64,000 bases of DNA, taken from Oscillospiraceae bacterium (GTDB lineage: Bacteria; Bacillota; Clostridia; Oscillospirales; Ruminococcaceae). Positions 27,253 through 36,390 of this stretch are shown one piece after another (within the stretch, counting starts at the first letter, position 1; the number at the start of each line of letters is the position of its first letter). The position numbers and the translations under genes are program-made. Under the pieces are notes generated by a model. That model did no database searches. It saw nothing but the letters and a program-made list of their open reading frames with translations, and was not told where the DNA came from. The DNA is taken from positions 1,601 through 65,600 of the forward strand of contig SVNA01000008.1 in the NCBI GenBank assembly GCA_015067145.1, in the 5' to 3' direction.

Positions 27253-28242
27253 TTATTTAAGTGTTTCTCTGATAAGTCTTTCGGCATTTTTATATGCAAT
27301 TTTTTCCACATCTGTACTGCTTAAGCCATTTCTGAGCAGTGCGTCAAAAAGCTTGTCCATATCCAGCGGACTGGCAATATCCAGCTTGCCGCCGATTCCG
27401 TCAAAGTCTGTGCCGATTGCCACAAAGTCGCTGCCGCCCACATTGTAAAGATGCATAACGTGACGGACGATATCTTCCAGTTTGCTGTCCTCAATCCATT
27501 TTTCTCCGCTTATATCTTCACTTGTAACAAACAAAGGGCAGAAGTTGATGCCGCAAACGCCGCCTTTAGTTGCCATTGCTTTTATCATTTCATCTGTCAG
27601 ATTGCGCTGATGAGGTGTGAGGGCACGGGCACAGGAGTGGGATGCCACAATAGGTTTTTTTGAAAGTTCCATCACATCCCGGAAACCGCCATCGGAAAGA
27701 TGTGAAACGTCGATTATAATTCCCTTTTCGTTCATATATTCCACTGCTTCTCTGCCGAAAGGTTTAAGGCCTGCGTTCATAACCTTGCTGTCGGTGCTGT
27801 TCGGATAGCCGAAGCAGTTTTCATAGTTATGGGTAAGGGATACAAGGCGAACGCCCATATCATAGTATTTATCAAACTTTTCAAAGCTGCCCAGGATGCT
27901 GCGTCCGTCTTCGATGGTGAGAAAAGCGGAAACCTTGCCCGCTTTTGCGTTGTTTTCCATATCAACTGCATTTTTTGCCCAGGCGATATCGTCAGGATGC
28001 TGTGCTATTGCATTGCAGAGGGTTGCGTACAGTTCATCTATAAATTCATCGTCTGAACAGTTTGATTTTATATTGTGAATCCACTCCACAGGCGGCATAT
28101 AGATTGCAAAAAACTGTGCCAGCACCCCTGCTTTTTTAAGGCGGTTTATATCCACCATAAACTGTGGGCGGTCAAAAATGTTTTCGTCTCTTGTCTCAAA
28201 AGCCATACATAGTGTATCGCAGTGCAGATCGATGTATTTCAT
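27253..28242 (-). CDS. Dipeptidase, peptidase M19 family
   Basis: 329 aa. IDLHCDT start motif, LTHNYEN, VSHLSD, ASHS and GTDFDG motifs typical of renal-dipeptidase-like enzymes. Confidence 0.88.
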   Translation of the reverse strand: MKYIDLHCDTLCMAFETRDENIFDRPQFMVDINRLKKAGVLAQFFAIYMPPVEWIHNIKSNCSDDEFIDELYATLCNAIAQHPDDIAWAKNAVDMENNAKAGKVSAFLTIEDGRSILGSFEKFDKYYDMGVRLVSLTHNYENCFGYPNSTDSKVMNAGLKPFGREAVEYMNEKGIIIDVSHLSDGGFRDVMELSKKPIVASHSCARALTPHQRNLTDEMIKAMATKGGVCGINFCPLFVTSEDISGEKWIEDSKLEDIVRHVMHLYNVGGSDFVAIGTDFDGIGGKLDIASPLDMDKLFDALLRNGLSSTDVEKIAYKNAERLIRETLK

Positions 28243-28367
28243 AACAAACTCTCCTTTTTGATTTTCTCTAAATACATAATACTATTTTGTGCAGATAACT
28301 GCAAGAAAAACATACATCTGTCAGCACAGTCATGGCACCTATGCAGTTTGCAGAACGAAAGGCTTCG

Positions 28368-28396
28368 TTGACAATATATATCTTAGTTTATATACT
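28368..28396 (+). promoter_or_regulatory. Sigma-A promoter of the zinc-finger lipoprotein gene
   Basis: TTGACA (28368-28373), 17 nt spacer, TATACT (28391-28396). 50 nt upstream of the ATG. Confidence 0.65.
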
Positions 28397-28446
28397 ATAA
28401 TTAATCCAACCGTCTGCCATAAAGGCAGCTGAAAGAGGCGTATTTT

Positions 28447-29760
28447 ATGAAAAAATTTATTGCTGTTGCTTTGACTGCACTGATCTGCTTTTCCCTTGCT
28501 GCCTGCGGCAGTGATGTACCTGACAGTCTGTCTGCAGAAAAAAACACGGACATTACAGAAAGCGTGACCTCTGCAGAGGACACAAGCTCCACAGAGGATG
28601 TAATCGTTACCGAAAGTATTGATGAAAAAATAAATCATCCCTCTCCCAAAGTTCAGGATATACAAAAATTTCTTGTACTTGATACCCCTTATGATATAGA
28701 TATAGGCACTTTTGGCAGTATGGATTTTATGTATTCCCTTGAAAGCGGCAGCGAAGAACTGATGCGTCAGTTTATGGATATACTCGTAGAAAACTACAGT
28801 CTCAGCCTTGTGGACATATTCACCTACGACTATGAGTCCGCAACCTTCAAAGATTATCAGTATATGTATTCAGGTGAAGGTGAAGAAAAACTCCAGCGGG
28901 AAAATATGGACTGGGATGTATCGGTTGGCATTACTGTGCACAAGGACAAGCCCGAAGTTACTGTGGGCGTATTTTATGTGAACGGTTTTCAGCTTGTGGA
29001 TGACGGATACAGAGCAGATTACTCCAAGGTTGTAACACCTGTTATCACACCGGAACCAACACCTGTACCCACACAGAAACCTGCAGCTGCTCCTGCACAG
29101 AAACCTGCACAGAATACAGCCCCTACAGTTACTGCTATAGATAAAAATGCGGCATATATCCCTGATTTTTCGGCATTTCTGAACCGCAGTCCGTCCGAGG
29201 ACAAAGACCGCTACTATGGCGGCACACGAAAATACTACCAGAAAATCTCACTCAGCACACAGCAGACTGTTGTGTCGGAAATCCTGGCACTTCTGGACAA
29301 TGACAGATATCAGCTGGAACTTATCGAAAAGGTCAGTGCTGATGACCGCATTGAATACAATTACAGATACACAGGCAATATGGGCATGGATTCGATACAC
29401 AGCAAAAACGACGACAGCCGATATTACAATCTGCAGTTTACTGTATACAACAGAAACAACGACAACGGCACCTATGGCATACATTTTCACTACAGTCCGC
29501 AGTTTGTGGAAGAGAATGTAGGATACACCGTTTCTGCAAATGCAGGCAGCACCGGTGGTGGCGGTGGCGGCACCATTGATTTTGAAGATGACGACCTGCC
29601 AGACCATTCCAAACTGCAGTGTCTCACCTGTGACGGCGACGGTGATTGCACTAAATGCGGCGGCAGCACATATATAGGTTATGGCGATGCCCGTGCAAAA
29701 TGCGACAGATGCAAAGGCACAGGCGACTGCAGAACCTGCGGCGGCAGCGGCACACGCTGA
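28447..29760 (+). CDS. Lipoprotein with Pro/Thr-rich linker and C-terminal DnaJ-type CxxCxGxG x4 zinc-finger module
   Basis: 437 aa. Signal peptide plus lipobox SLAAC. Linker TPVITPEPTPVPTQKPAAAPAQKPAQ, poly-Gly, then CLTCDGDG / CTKCGGS / CDRCKGTG / CRTCGGSG. Confidence 0.8.
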   Translation: MKKFIAVALTALICFSLAACGSDVPDSLSAEKNTDITESVTSAEDTSSTEDVIVTESIDEKINHPSPKVQDIQKFLVLDTPYDIDIGTFGSMDFMYSLESGSEELMRQFMDILVENYSLSLVDIFTYDYESATFKDYQYMYSGEGEEKLQRENMDWDVSVGITVHKDKPEVTVGVFYVNGFQLVDDGYRADYSKVVTPVITPEPTPVPTQKPAAAPAQKPAQNTAPTVTAIDKNAAYIPDFSAFLNRSPSEDKDRYYGGTRKYYQKISLSTQQTVVSEILALLDNDRYQLELIEKVSADDRIEYNYRYTGNMGMDSIHSKNDDSRYYNLQFTVYNRNNDNGTYGIHFHYSPQFVEENVGYTVSANAGSTGGGGGGTIDFEDDDLPDHSKLQCLTCDGDGDCTKCGGSTYIGYGDARAKCDRCKGTGDCRTCGGSGTR

Positions 29761-29805
29761 TAATATAAACAGCAGCATTAATGCAAAAATAAACATATTA
29801 TATGA

Positions 29806-29842
29806 AAAAGCATCTTATCTTAAACTGATAGGATGCTTTTTT
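29806..29842 (+). terminator. Intrinsic terminator after the lipoprotein gene
   Basis: GCATCTTATC pairs with GATAGGATGC (one mismatch), followed by TTTTTT. Confidence 0.7.
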
Positions 29843-29861
29843 GCTGCGTACTGTAATTTTA

Positions 29862-29896
29862 CAAAACAAAAAGCCGACTGATAATCAGTCGGCTTT
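29862..29896 (-). terminator. Intrinsic terminator after rpsU
   Basis: AAAGCCGACTGA (29870-29881) pairs with TCAGTCGGCTTT (29885-29896). The A-run upstream on the plus strand gives a T-tract on the minus strand. Confidence 0.8.
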
Positions 29897-29910
29897 AGCT
29901 ACTAATTCAA

Positions 29911-30087
29911 TTATTTGAATTTACGTTTGCGAGCAGCTTCTGCTTTTTTCTTACGTTTTACAGAAGGTTTTTCGTAGTGTTCACGTTTACGAACTTCTGC
30001 GAGAACGCCAGATTTTGCACATGAACGCTTAAAGCGACGAAGTGCTGAATCCAAGGATTCATTTTCTTTAACTCTGATTTCGGACAT
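29911..30087 (-). CDS. rpsU: 30S ribosomal protein S21 (58 aa, below the ORF-track cutoff)
   Basis: Hand translation gives [66 protein letters not shown] upstream. Confidence 0.93.
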   Translation of the reverse strand: MSEIRVKENESLDSALRRFKRSCAKSGVLAEVRKREHYEKPSVKRKKKAEAARKRKFK

Positions 30088-30151
30088 CTATTTTCACTCC
30101 CTTACGCTTTTTTGCTGAGATTTGTTTAACCAATTTAAACATCACAGATAA

Positions 30152-30180
30152 ATTATACAGATTTAGTATGCCGTTGTCAA
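30152..30180 (-). promoter_or_regulatory. Consensus sigma-A promoter of rpsU
   Basis: Minus strand TTGACA (30180-30175), 17 nt spacer, TATAAT (30157-30152). Confidence 0.7.
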
Positions 30181-30190
30181 CAATTATTTT

Positions 30191-32599
30191 TTATTTTACA
30201 ACGATATTTACCAATTTGTTTGGAACACAGATTGTTTTTACAACTGTCTTGCCATCTGTTGCCAGTTTAATAGCATCGTTTGCCATTGCAGCAGCCAGCA
30301 TATCGTCTTTGGAAAGGTCGAGAGCAATGTTGATTCTTGCTCTGATTTTACCGTTAACCTGTACAGGAACTTCCACTGTTGCTTCAACGCATTTAGCTTC
30401 GTCAAATGATGGCCACTGTGCCTGTGCAATCTGGCCACCAAAGCCCATATTTTCCCAGATTTCTTCTGTGATATGCGGTGCAAATGGGTTGAGAAGGATA
30501 AGCAGTGTTCTGTATTCTGCCTTGTTGATGGATTTTTTAGCACCGATTTCGTTGATGAGAGCCATCATAGCAGCGATTGCTGTGTTGAAACCGAGGTTGT
30601 TGATATCTTCTGTAACCTTTTTGATTGTTTTGTTGAAAGGAACAACCATATCTTCGCTGTATTCTTCACCGTCCACAACCATTTCCTGAAGATTCCAGAT
30701 TTTGTCAAGGAAGCGTTTGCAGCCCTTGATGGAAGACTGGCTCCAAGGTGCAGCCTTTTCAAAGTCGCCCATAAACATTTCGTACATACGCATTGTGTCG
30801 GCACCGTATTCGTTTACGATGTCGTCAGGGTTAACTACGTTGCCGCGGGATTTGGACATTTTTTCGCCTGTTTCGCCAAGAATCATGCCGTGGCTTGTAC
30901 GTTTTGCGTATGGTTCAGGACATGTAACAGCACCGATATCGTAGAGGAATTTGTGCCAGAATCGGCTGTAGAGCAGATGGAGTGTTGTGTGTTCCATACC
31001 GCCGTTGTACCAGTCAACAGGCATCCAGTATTCCATTGCTTCCTTACTTGCGAGAGCTTCGCTGTTTTTAGGGTCGATGTATCTGAGGAAGTACCAGGAG
31101 GAACCTGCCCACTGTGGCATTGTGTCAGTTTCGCGTTTTGCAGGACCGCCGCACTTCGGACATGTTGTATTTACCCAGTCTGTAAGGCGTGCAAGTGGGC
31201 TTTCGCCTTCGCCTGTCGGTTCAAAGTCCATAAGTTCAGGAAGTTCCAGAGGAAGCTGGTCTTCAGGCACCGGTTCCCAGCCGCAGTGCGGGCAGTATAC
31301 CATTGGGATTGGTTCGCCCCAGTATCTCTGACGGGAGAAGATCCAGTCACGGAGTTTGTAGTTTGTTTTGCTTTCTCCGATACCCTGTTCTGCCAGCCAT
31401 TCGATGATTTTAACCTTGGCATCTTCTACGGAGAGACCATCAAGGAAGCCGCTGTTTGTCATAATGCCTGTTTCGCAGTCTGTGAAGGCTTCTTTTTCCA
31501 CATCGCCGCCTTTTACAACTTCGATGATCGGAAGGTCAAATTTCTTTGCAAATTCCCAGTCGCGTGTGTCGTGGCCAGGAACAGCCATAATTGCACCTGT
31601 GCCGTATGTTGCAAGAACATAGTCAGATACAAAAATTGTGATTTCCTTGCCGTTTACAGGGTTGATACCTTTAACACCTTTGAGGGCAACACCTGTTTTT
31701 TCCTTGCTGAGCTCTGTTCTTTCAAGGTCGGATTTTCTTGCTGCTGCTTCGCGGTATGCCACGATTTCGTCGTAGTTTTCCAGAGCATCCTTCCATTTTT
31801 CCACAAGAGCGTGTTCAGGTGCCATAACCATATATGTAGCACCGAAAAGTGTATCCGGTCTTGTTGTGTAGATTTCGATTTCGTCTCCCTGTGTGGATTT
31901 GAAACGAACCTGTGCACCTGTGGAGCGGCCGATCCAGTTTTTCTGCTGTGCAACAACGCGGTCGATAAAGTTTACATCGTCAAGACCGTCGATGAGCTTA
32001 TCAGCATATTCTGTGATTTTGAGAACCCACTGGCTTTTTACTTTACGCACAACTTCGCTGTTGCAGCGTTCGCATACGCCGTTTACAACCTCTTCGTTTG
32101 CAAGAACAACCTTACAGTTTGTACACCAGTTTACGTTCATTTCCTTTTTGTAGGCAAGGCCCTGTTTGTAAAGCTGGATAAAAATCCACTGTGTCCATTT
32201 GTAATAGTCTTTGTCTGTTGTGTTGATTTCTCTGTCCCAGTCAAAAGAAAGGCCCAGCATTTTAAGCTGCTGTTTAAAGCGTGCAACGTTGTTTTTTGTA
32301 ACAATTTCAGGATGAATGTGGTTTTTCATCGCAAAGTTTTCTGTTGGAAGACCAAAAGCGTCCCAACCCATTGTGTACATAACATTGTAGCCTGCAAGGC
32401 GTTTCTGTCTGGAGATGATATCCATAGCTGTGTAGGAGCGTGGGTGACCTACGTGGAGGCCTGCACCTGACGGATATGGAAATTCTACAAGACCGTAGAA
32501 TTTAGGCATTGTGTAGTCGTCTTTTGCTGAAAATGTCTTTTCGTCATCCCAGATTTTTTGCCATTTCTTTTCAATGGCAGAAAAATTGTAATCTTTCAT
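30191..32599 (-). CDS. leuS: Leucine--tRNA ligase
   Basis: 802 aa. HVGH (HIGH) and KMSKS motifs, CP1 editing domain length. Confidence 0.97.
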   Translation of the reverse strand: MKDYNFSAIEKKWQKIWDDEKTFSAKDDYTMPKFYGLVEFPYPSGAGLHVGHPRSYTAMDIISRQKRLAGYNVMYTMGWDAFGLPTENFAMKNHIHPEIVTKNNVARFKQQLKMLGLSFDWDREINTTDKDYYKWTQWIFIQLYKQGLAYKKEMNVNWCTNCKVVLANEEVVNGVCERCNSEVVRKVKSQWVLKITEYADKLIDGLDDVNFIDRVVAQQKNWIGRSTGAQVRFKSTQGDEIEIYTTRPDTLFGATYMVMAPEHALVEKWKDALENYDEIVAYREAAARKSDLERTELSKEKTGVALKGVKGINPVNGKEITIFVSDYVLATYGTGAIMAVPGHDTRDWEFAKKFDLPIIEVVKGGDVEKEAFTDCETGIMTNSGFLDGLSVEDAKVKIIEWLAEQGIGESKTNYKLRDWIFSRQRYWGEPIPMVYCPHCGWEPVPEDQLPLELPELMDFEPTGEGESPLARLTDWVNTTCPKCGGPAKRETDTMPQWAGSSWYFLRYIDPKNSEALASKEAMEYWMPVDWYNGGMEHTTLHLLYSRFWHKFLYDIGAVTCPEPYAKRTSHGMILGETGEKMSKSRGNVVNPDDIVNEYGADTMRMYEMFMGDFEKAAPWSQSSIKGCKRFLDKIWNLQEMVVDGEEYSEDMVVPFNKTIKKVTEDINNLGFNTAIAAMMALINEIGAKKSINKAEYRTLLILLNPFAPHITEEIWENMGFGGQIAQAQWPSFDEAKCVEATVEVPVQVNGKIRARINIALDLSKDDMLAAAMANDAIKLATDGKTVVKTICVPNKLVNIVVK

Positions 32600-32703
32600 A
32601 ATATTTCTGTCCCCTTATAACCCGCCTAAAGCACAGCTTAAAAATAAGCCGTGCTTTAAGTATGGTGATTATTTACATTTTTGCTGTATGATTGTGCTGT
32701 TTA

Positions 32704-33051
32704 TTACAGTTCAAATTCGATTTCTGTACCGTCTGCCCAAAGTTTGTCAAGGTCATAATATTCTCTTGCCTGTGGGTGGAAAACGTGCACGATTACTGTT
32801 TCGTAGTCAAGCAGAATCCAGTTTTTGCTTTCGTAGCCTTCTACACGTGCAGGTTTGATTTCCAGTTCTTTTTCAACCATAAAGTCAACTTCGTCCGCAA
32901 GGGCTTTAACCTGTGTTGTGGAATTACCTGTTGCGATAACGATGTAGTCTGTAACTACTGTAAGGTCGTCAATTTTGATAATTCTGATATCCTGAGCTTT
33001 TTTGTTGTCAAGATAACCTGCAATTTTTTTAGAGAGTTCCAAACCGTTCAT
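32704..33051 (-). CDS. rsfS: Ribosome silencing factor RsfS
   Basis: 115 aa. DIRIIKIDDLTVVTDYIVIATGNSTTQVKALADEV and WILLDYETVIVHVF motifs. Confidence 0.93.
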   Translation of the reverse strand: MNGLELSKKIAGYLDNKKAQDIRIIKIDDLTVVTDYIVIATGNSTTQVKALADEVDFMVEKELEIKPARVEGYESKNWILLDYETVIVHVFHPQAREYYDLDKLWADGTEIEFEL

Positions 33052-33073
33052 ATATTCTCCTTAAATAAACATA

Positions 33074-34162
33074 TTATTCGCCTGCACCTGCAAGGATGCC
33101 GCCGATTGTCTGTGTTGTTGTTTCTGTTGCACCGTAGTCCTGTGTGATTTCGCCCGGTTCGTCTGTAACAATATCCGTTACAGGTTCCTGATACGGACGG
33201 AAGTTTTCGTTGAGGATTCTCAGCCATTCTTCCTCTTCCACCGTTACGATAGCCTGTCCGTCTGCCACATATCCGTGTACCGACGGCTTGATTATCTGCA
33301 TATTGCTGAAATCGATGTTCAGCACCTCTGTAACCAGAGCAACCATTCTTGTCCAGTGCATATCAGTTGTGACAAATTTTGCAAAGGTAGGCACCAGCTG
33401 TGCACAAACCACTACGCCCACTTCTTTGAAATGCTTGAGAAGGGATGCATAGAATGCACTCTGCACGGCAAGACGGGAAACGTCTCCGTCAGGATAGTTG
33501 CGGTTTCTCAGGATAGCTTCTGCTGTTGCACCGTCTACTGTATACCAGCCTGCCTCTGAATAAAGTGTTGTCTCGTTGCCGTTGCCGTCCTTGAGGATAA
33601 TCGGACAAGGTACATACATATTGAGACCGTGTTCGATATGGTCAACAAGGATTGTAAAGGAATCCATATCCACCGTCACATAGTGGTCAACCGTGAGGCC
33701 AAAACGCTGGTTGAGTGTTTTTACCACATTCATAATCTGGTTTTTCTCATCGCCGTCCTTGTAAACAGCGTTGATTTTGCCTGTGCCCGACGGCTCGCCA
33801 ACGTATGTATCTCTCGGAATCTGCAAAAGATTAACCCTGCCCGCTTTCACATCAAGTGAAACGTAAACGATAACATCGGTCATCTTTGCTGTACGGCTGT
33901 CGTCCCAGTCGATACCGCAGACCAGAATATTTACAACGTCCTGGTCGATGGAGTTGTCTGTTGTAAGGTCTTCAGGGATTTCTTCGCCGACATTGTACAT
34001 ATTACCGATAGCTCTGTCCACAGTGAAAATCATCACACCGATAATGGCGATACAGAGCAGACATGCAACAAGTGTCTTTTTAGGATTTCTTTTTTTCTTT
34101 TTTCTGCGTTTTTTTGCAGTTTCTGCCGCCTGTTCAGATTTATATGTTTTCTTTTCGCTCAT
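33074..34162 (-). CDS. LCP family (LytR-CpsA-Psr) cell-envelope phosphotransferase
   Basis: ATG 34162 (MSEKKTYK...) after an AAGGAGGA RBS. Basic N-terminus, one TM segment, NILVCGID...DVIVYVSLD...LLQIPRDTYV LCP core. Confidence 0.88.
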   Translation of the reverse strand: MSEKKTYKSEQAAETAKKRRKKKKRNPKKTLVACLLCIAIIGVMIFTVDRAIGNMYNVGEEIPEDLTTDNSIDQDVVNILVCGIDWDDSRTAKMTDVIVYVSLDVKAGRVNLLQIPRDTYVGEPSGTGKINAVYKDGDEKNQIMNVVKTLNQRFGLTVDHYVTVDMDSFTILVDHIEHGLNMYVPCPIILKDGNGNETTLYSEAGWYTVDGATAEAILRNRNYPDGDVSRLAVQSAFYASLLKHFKEVGVVVCAQLVPTFAKFVTTDMHWTRMVALVTEVLNIDFSNMQIIKPSVHGYVADGQAIVTVEEEEWLRILNENFRPYQEPVTDIVTDEPGEITQDYGATETTTQTIGGILAGAGE

Positions 34163-34172
34163 ATTTTCCTCC

Positions 34173-35345
34173 TTAAAGGATGTGGTTAAGACGTGCTGCA
34201 AAGTATTCCAATGCTTCCAGACTGTCTGTATCCACAGTGTTCCCTCTGCTTTTCACATAATCCAGTGAATGTGCGAGGGATGCATACATCGCTTTGTCCA
34301 GATTCTGTTTTGCAAGGGACAAAAGATAATCTTTACCCTCAAAACATCTTTCCTCGCAAAGCATATCCGCAAGATATATAACCTTTTCTATATCCTGCAT
34401 ACCGCTTCTGCCGCAGGTGTGGCTTTTTACCGCCCAAAGAATCTCTTCATCTTCAATGCCGAGTTCTTTTTTTGCGTAATCTGCCGCAGCAAAACCGTGC
34501 AGGGTCTGTTTCGGTTTATCCTTAATTTTATTAATTATACCACTTTGCTTTGCTCTGTGCAATAAAATATCTTTGGGAGCATTCTTCATTATGTCGTGGA
34601 GCAGGGCTGCAATACGCAGTTTTTCCACATCGAGAGTATGGATTTCTCCCAATTCTGCCGCCAGCTTTTCCACATTGAGTGTGTGGATATAGCGTTTTTC
34701 GTCCAGAAGCAGCTTTGCCAGCAGCTTTGCGGTGCCTTTGAGGCGGGCTGTTTCGTCAGCAGAATAAATATTGTATTCATCCACAATATTCTGCACCTCA
34801 TCGGTGATAATATCCGTGTTCTGCTCCCCTTCTCTGCGGAACTGTGAGGAGGAAACGTTAATTACCTCTGCCTTTACAACCTCGATTTTTGCCCCCATTT
34901 TTCCCAGCTGTTCTGCCTTGCGGGCAATATCATCTTCCATCCGGTCTTCCCTTGCAAAGACAAGGGCTGTGCAGTTTTTCATAACAAATTCTGCGTTTTT
35001 CCAGCTGTCAAGGGTAAAAAGGCTGTCGGAACCGATAACCATATAGATTTCGGCATCTTCATATTCTTGCTGCAGATGCTGCAAGGTGCGGTATGTGTAG
35101 TCATCCTGCAGGTTTGTGCCCTCCCAGTCGCTGATTTCCACATTTGGTGCAATACTGCCAAATGCCGTCTGTGCCATGTACATACGCACATCAAAAGGGG
35201 CAATACAGTTTTTCTTGTGGGTCGGGGTGCCTGTAGGCATAACTATTATTTTGTCGAAATTCTTGTATGAGACGGCATTTTTAAGTATCGAAATATGCCC
35301 TCTGTGAGGCGGGTCAAACGCACCGCCAAACAACAAAATTTTCAT
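34173..35345 (-). CDS. nadD: Fusion protein: nicotinate-nucleotide adenylyltransferase NadD (N-terminal) plus YqeK HD-domain phosphohydrolase (C-terminal)
   Basis: Single uninterrupted 390 aa ORF. GGAFDPPHRGH nucleotidyltransferase motif at the N-terminus; RYIHTLNV...AALLHDIMK HD motif and GNTVD...EALEYF tail in the C-terminal half. Confidence 0.88.
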   Translation of the reverse strand: MKILLFGGAFDPPHRGHISILKNAVSYKNFDKIIVMPTGTPTHKKNCIAPFDVRMYMAQTAFGSIAPNVEISDWEGTNLQDDYTYRTLQHLQQEYEDAEIYMVIGSDSLFTLDSWKNAEFVMKNCTALVFAREDRMEDDIARKAEQLGKMGAKIEVVKAEVINVSSSQFRREGEQNTDIITDEVQNIVDEYNIYSADETARLKGTAKLLAKLLLDEKRYIHTLNVEKLAAELGEIHTLDVEKLRIAALLHDIMKNAPKDILLHRAKQSGIINKIKDKPKQTLHGFAAADYAKKELGIEDEEILWAVKSHTCGRSGMQDIEKVIYLADMLCEERCFEGKDYLLSLAKQNLDKAMYASLAHSLDYVKSRGNTVDTDSLEALEYFAARLNHIL

Positions 35346-35397
35346 ATTTTACTCCAAAACAATTATATACAAATGATTATATATCTTTTGAAAAATA

Positions 35398-35700
35398 TTA
35401 TTTGAACTGCTTGATATCGTACTGGGAGTCCTTGTCTTTCTGCATAAAGAGCACAAATTTGGAACCGATAACCTGTACGCTGTCGCAGCCGATGTATTCA
35501 CAGAACATTTCTGCTGCTTCTTTAGCTTTGTACGGGCAGTTGTCAAGAACCTTGCATTTTACAAGTTCTCTTGCTGCAAGTGCTGTTCTGATAGATTCTG
35601 CTGTTGCTTCTGTAACGCCGTCCTTGCCGATAAGAACGATTGTTTCAAGATGCTGAGCCTGACCTCTGAGGTAAGCTCTCTGTTTGGAATTGAGTGCCAT
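35398..35700 (-). CDS. yhbY: Ribosome assembly RNA-binding protein YhbY (CRM domain)
   Basis: 100 aa. KQRAYLRGQAQHLETIVLIGKDGVT motif. Confidence 0.9.
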   Translation of the reverse strand: MALNSKQRAYLRGQAQHLETIVLIGKDGVTEATAESIRTALAARELVKCKVLDNCPYKAKEAAEMFCEYIGCDSVQVIGSKFVLFMQKDKDSQYDIKQFK

Positions 35701-35804
35701 AGATTCTCCTTTAAATGTATGTAAATTGTGTGTGAGGGCATTCTGCCCGTTATTTTAATGTGACAGTGCCGCGGATAATTTTACCCGCAGCAGCGTCAAA
35801 AACT

Positions 35805-36389
35805 TTAAATAAAATCGTTGATTTTTTCTTTAAGCTGACGCAAAGCTGATCCACGGTGGCTGATTGCATCCTTTTCCTCTGCTGTCATCTGGGAATAACT
35901 TCTTTCCTCCACCATAAACACAGGGTCGTAGCCAAATCCGCCGTCGCCTATACGTTCCCAGCCTATCCAGCCCTCGCAGGTACCGCGACATACTGTGTTT
36001 CTGCCGTCCGGCATATAGAGACATACTGCAGAGACAAAACGGGCTGTGCGTTTTTCCTTTTCTACACCATCCAGTTCTGCAAGCAGCTTGTCGATGTTTT
36101 CATCGTCGGTTGCATGTTCCCCTGCAAAACGGGCTGTGTAAACGCCCGGTGCACCGCCCAGAGCATCAACCTCAAGGCCGCTGTCGTCGCTGATTGTAGG
36201 AAGATTTGCAATTTCTGCAATTGCTTTTGCCTTGATAACGGCATTTTCCTCAAAGGTTGTGCCATTTTCTTCGATTTCGATATTTATACCCAGCTCTTTG
36301 AGGGTTTTTGCTGTGATACCGAAGGAGTCCAGAATTCTCTGGATTTCCTTGAGTTTTTTCTGATTGTTAGTAGCTACTGCAAATACCAT
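35805..36389 (-). CDS. rdgB: Non-canonical purine NTP pyrophosphatase RdgB/HAM1 family
   Basis: ATG 36389, one nt after the ftsY TAA. ATNNQKKLKEI, SGLEVDALGGAPGVYTAR and FGYDPVF motifs. Confidence 0.92.
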   Translation of the reverse strand: MVFAVATNNQKKLKEIQRILDSFGITAKTLKELGINIEIEENGTTFEENAVIKAKAIAEIANLPTISDDSGLEVDALGGAPGVYTARFAGEHATDDENIDKLLAELDGVEKEKRTARFVSAVCLYMPDGRNTVCRGTCEGWIGWERIGDGGFGYDPVFMVEERSYSQMTAEEKDAISHRGSALRQLKEKINDFI

Positions 36390-36390
36390 A

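Noticed and set aside
34596-34700. Apparent internal duplication in the YqeK half of the fusion protein: HTLNVEKL / HTLDVEKL, from two similar ~24 nt segments 45 nt apart
   Set aside because: Both segments align to normal positions of the YqeK HD-domain consensus (H-T-L-x-V and D-x-E-K...LLHD). It is a short chance similarity, not a repeat expansion.
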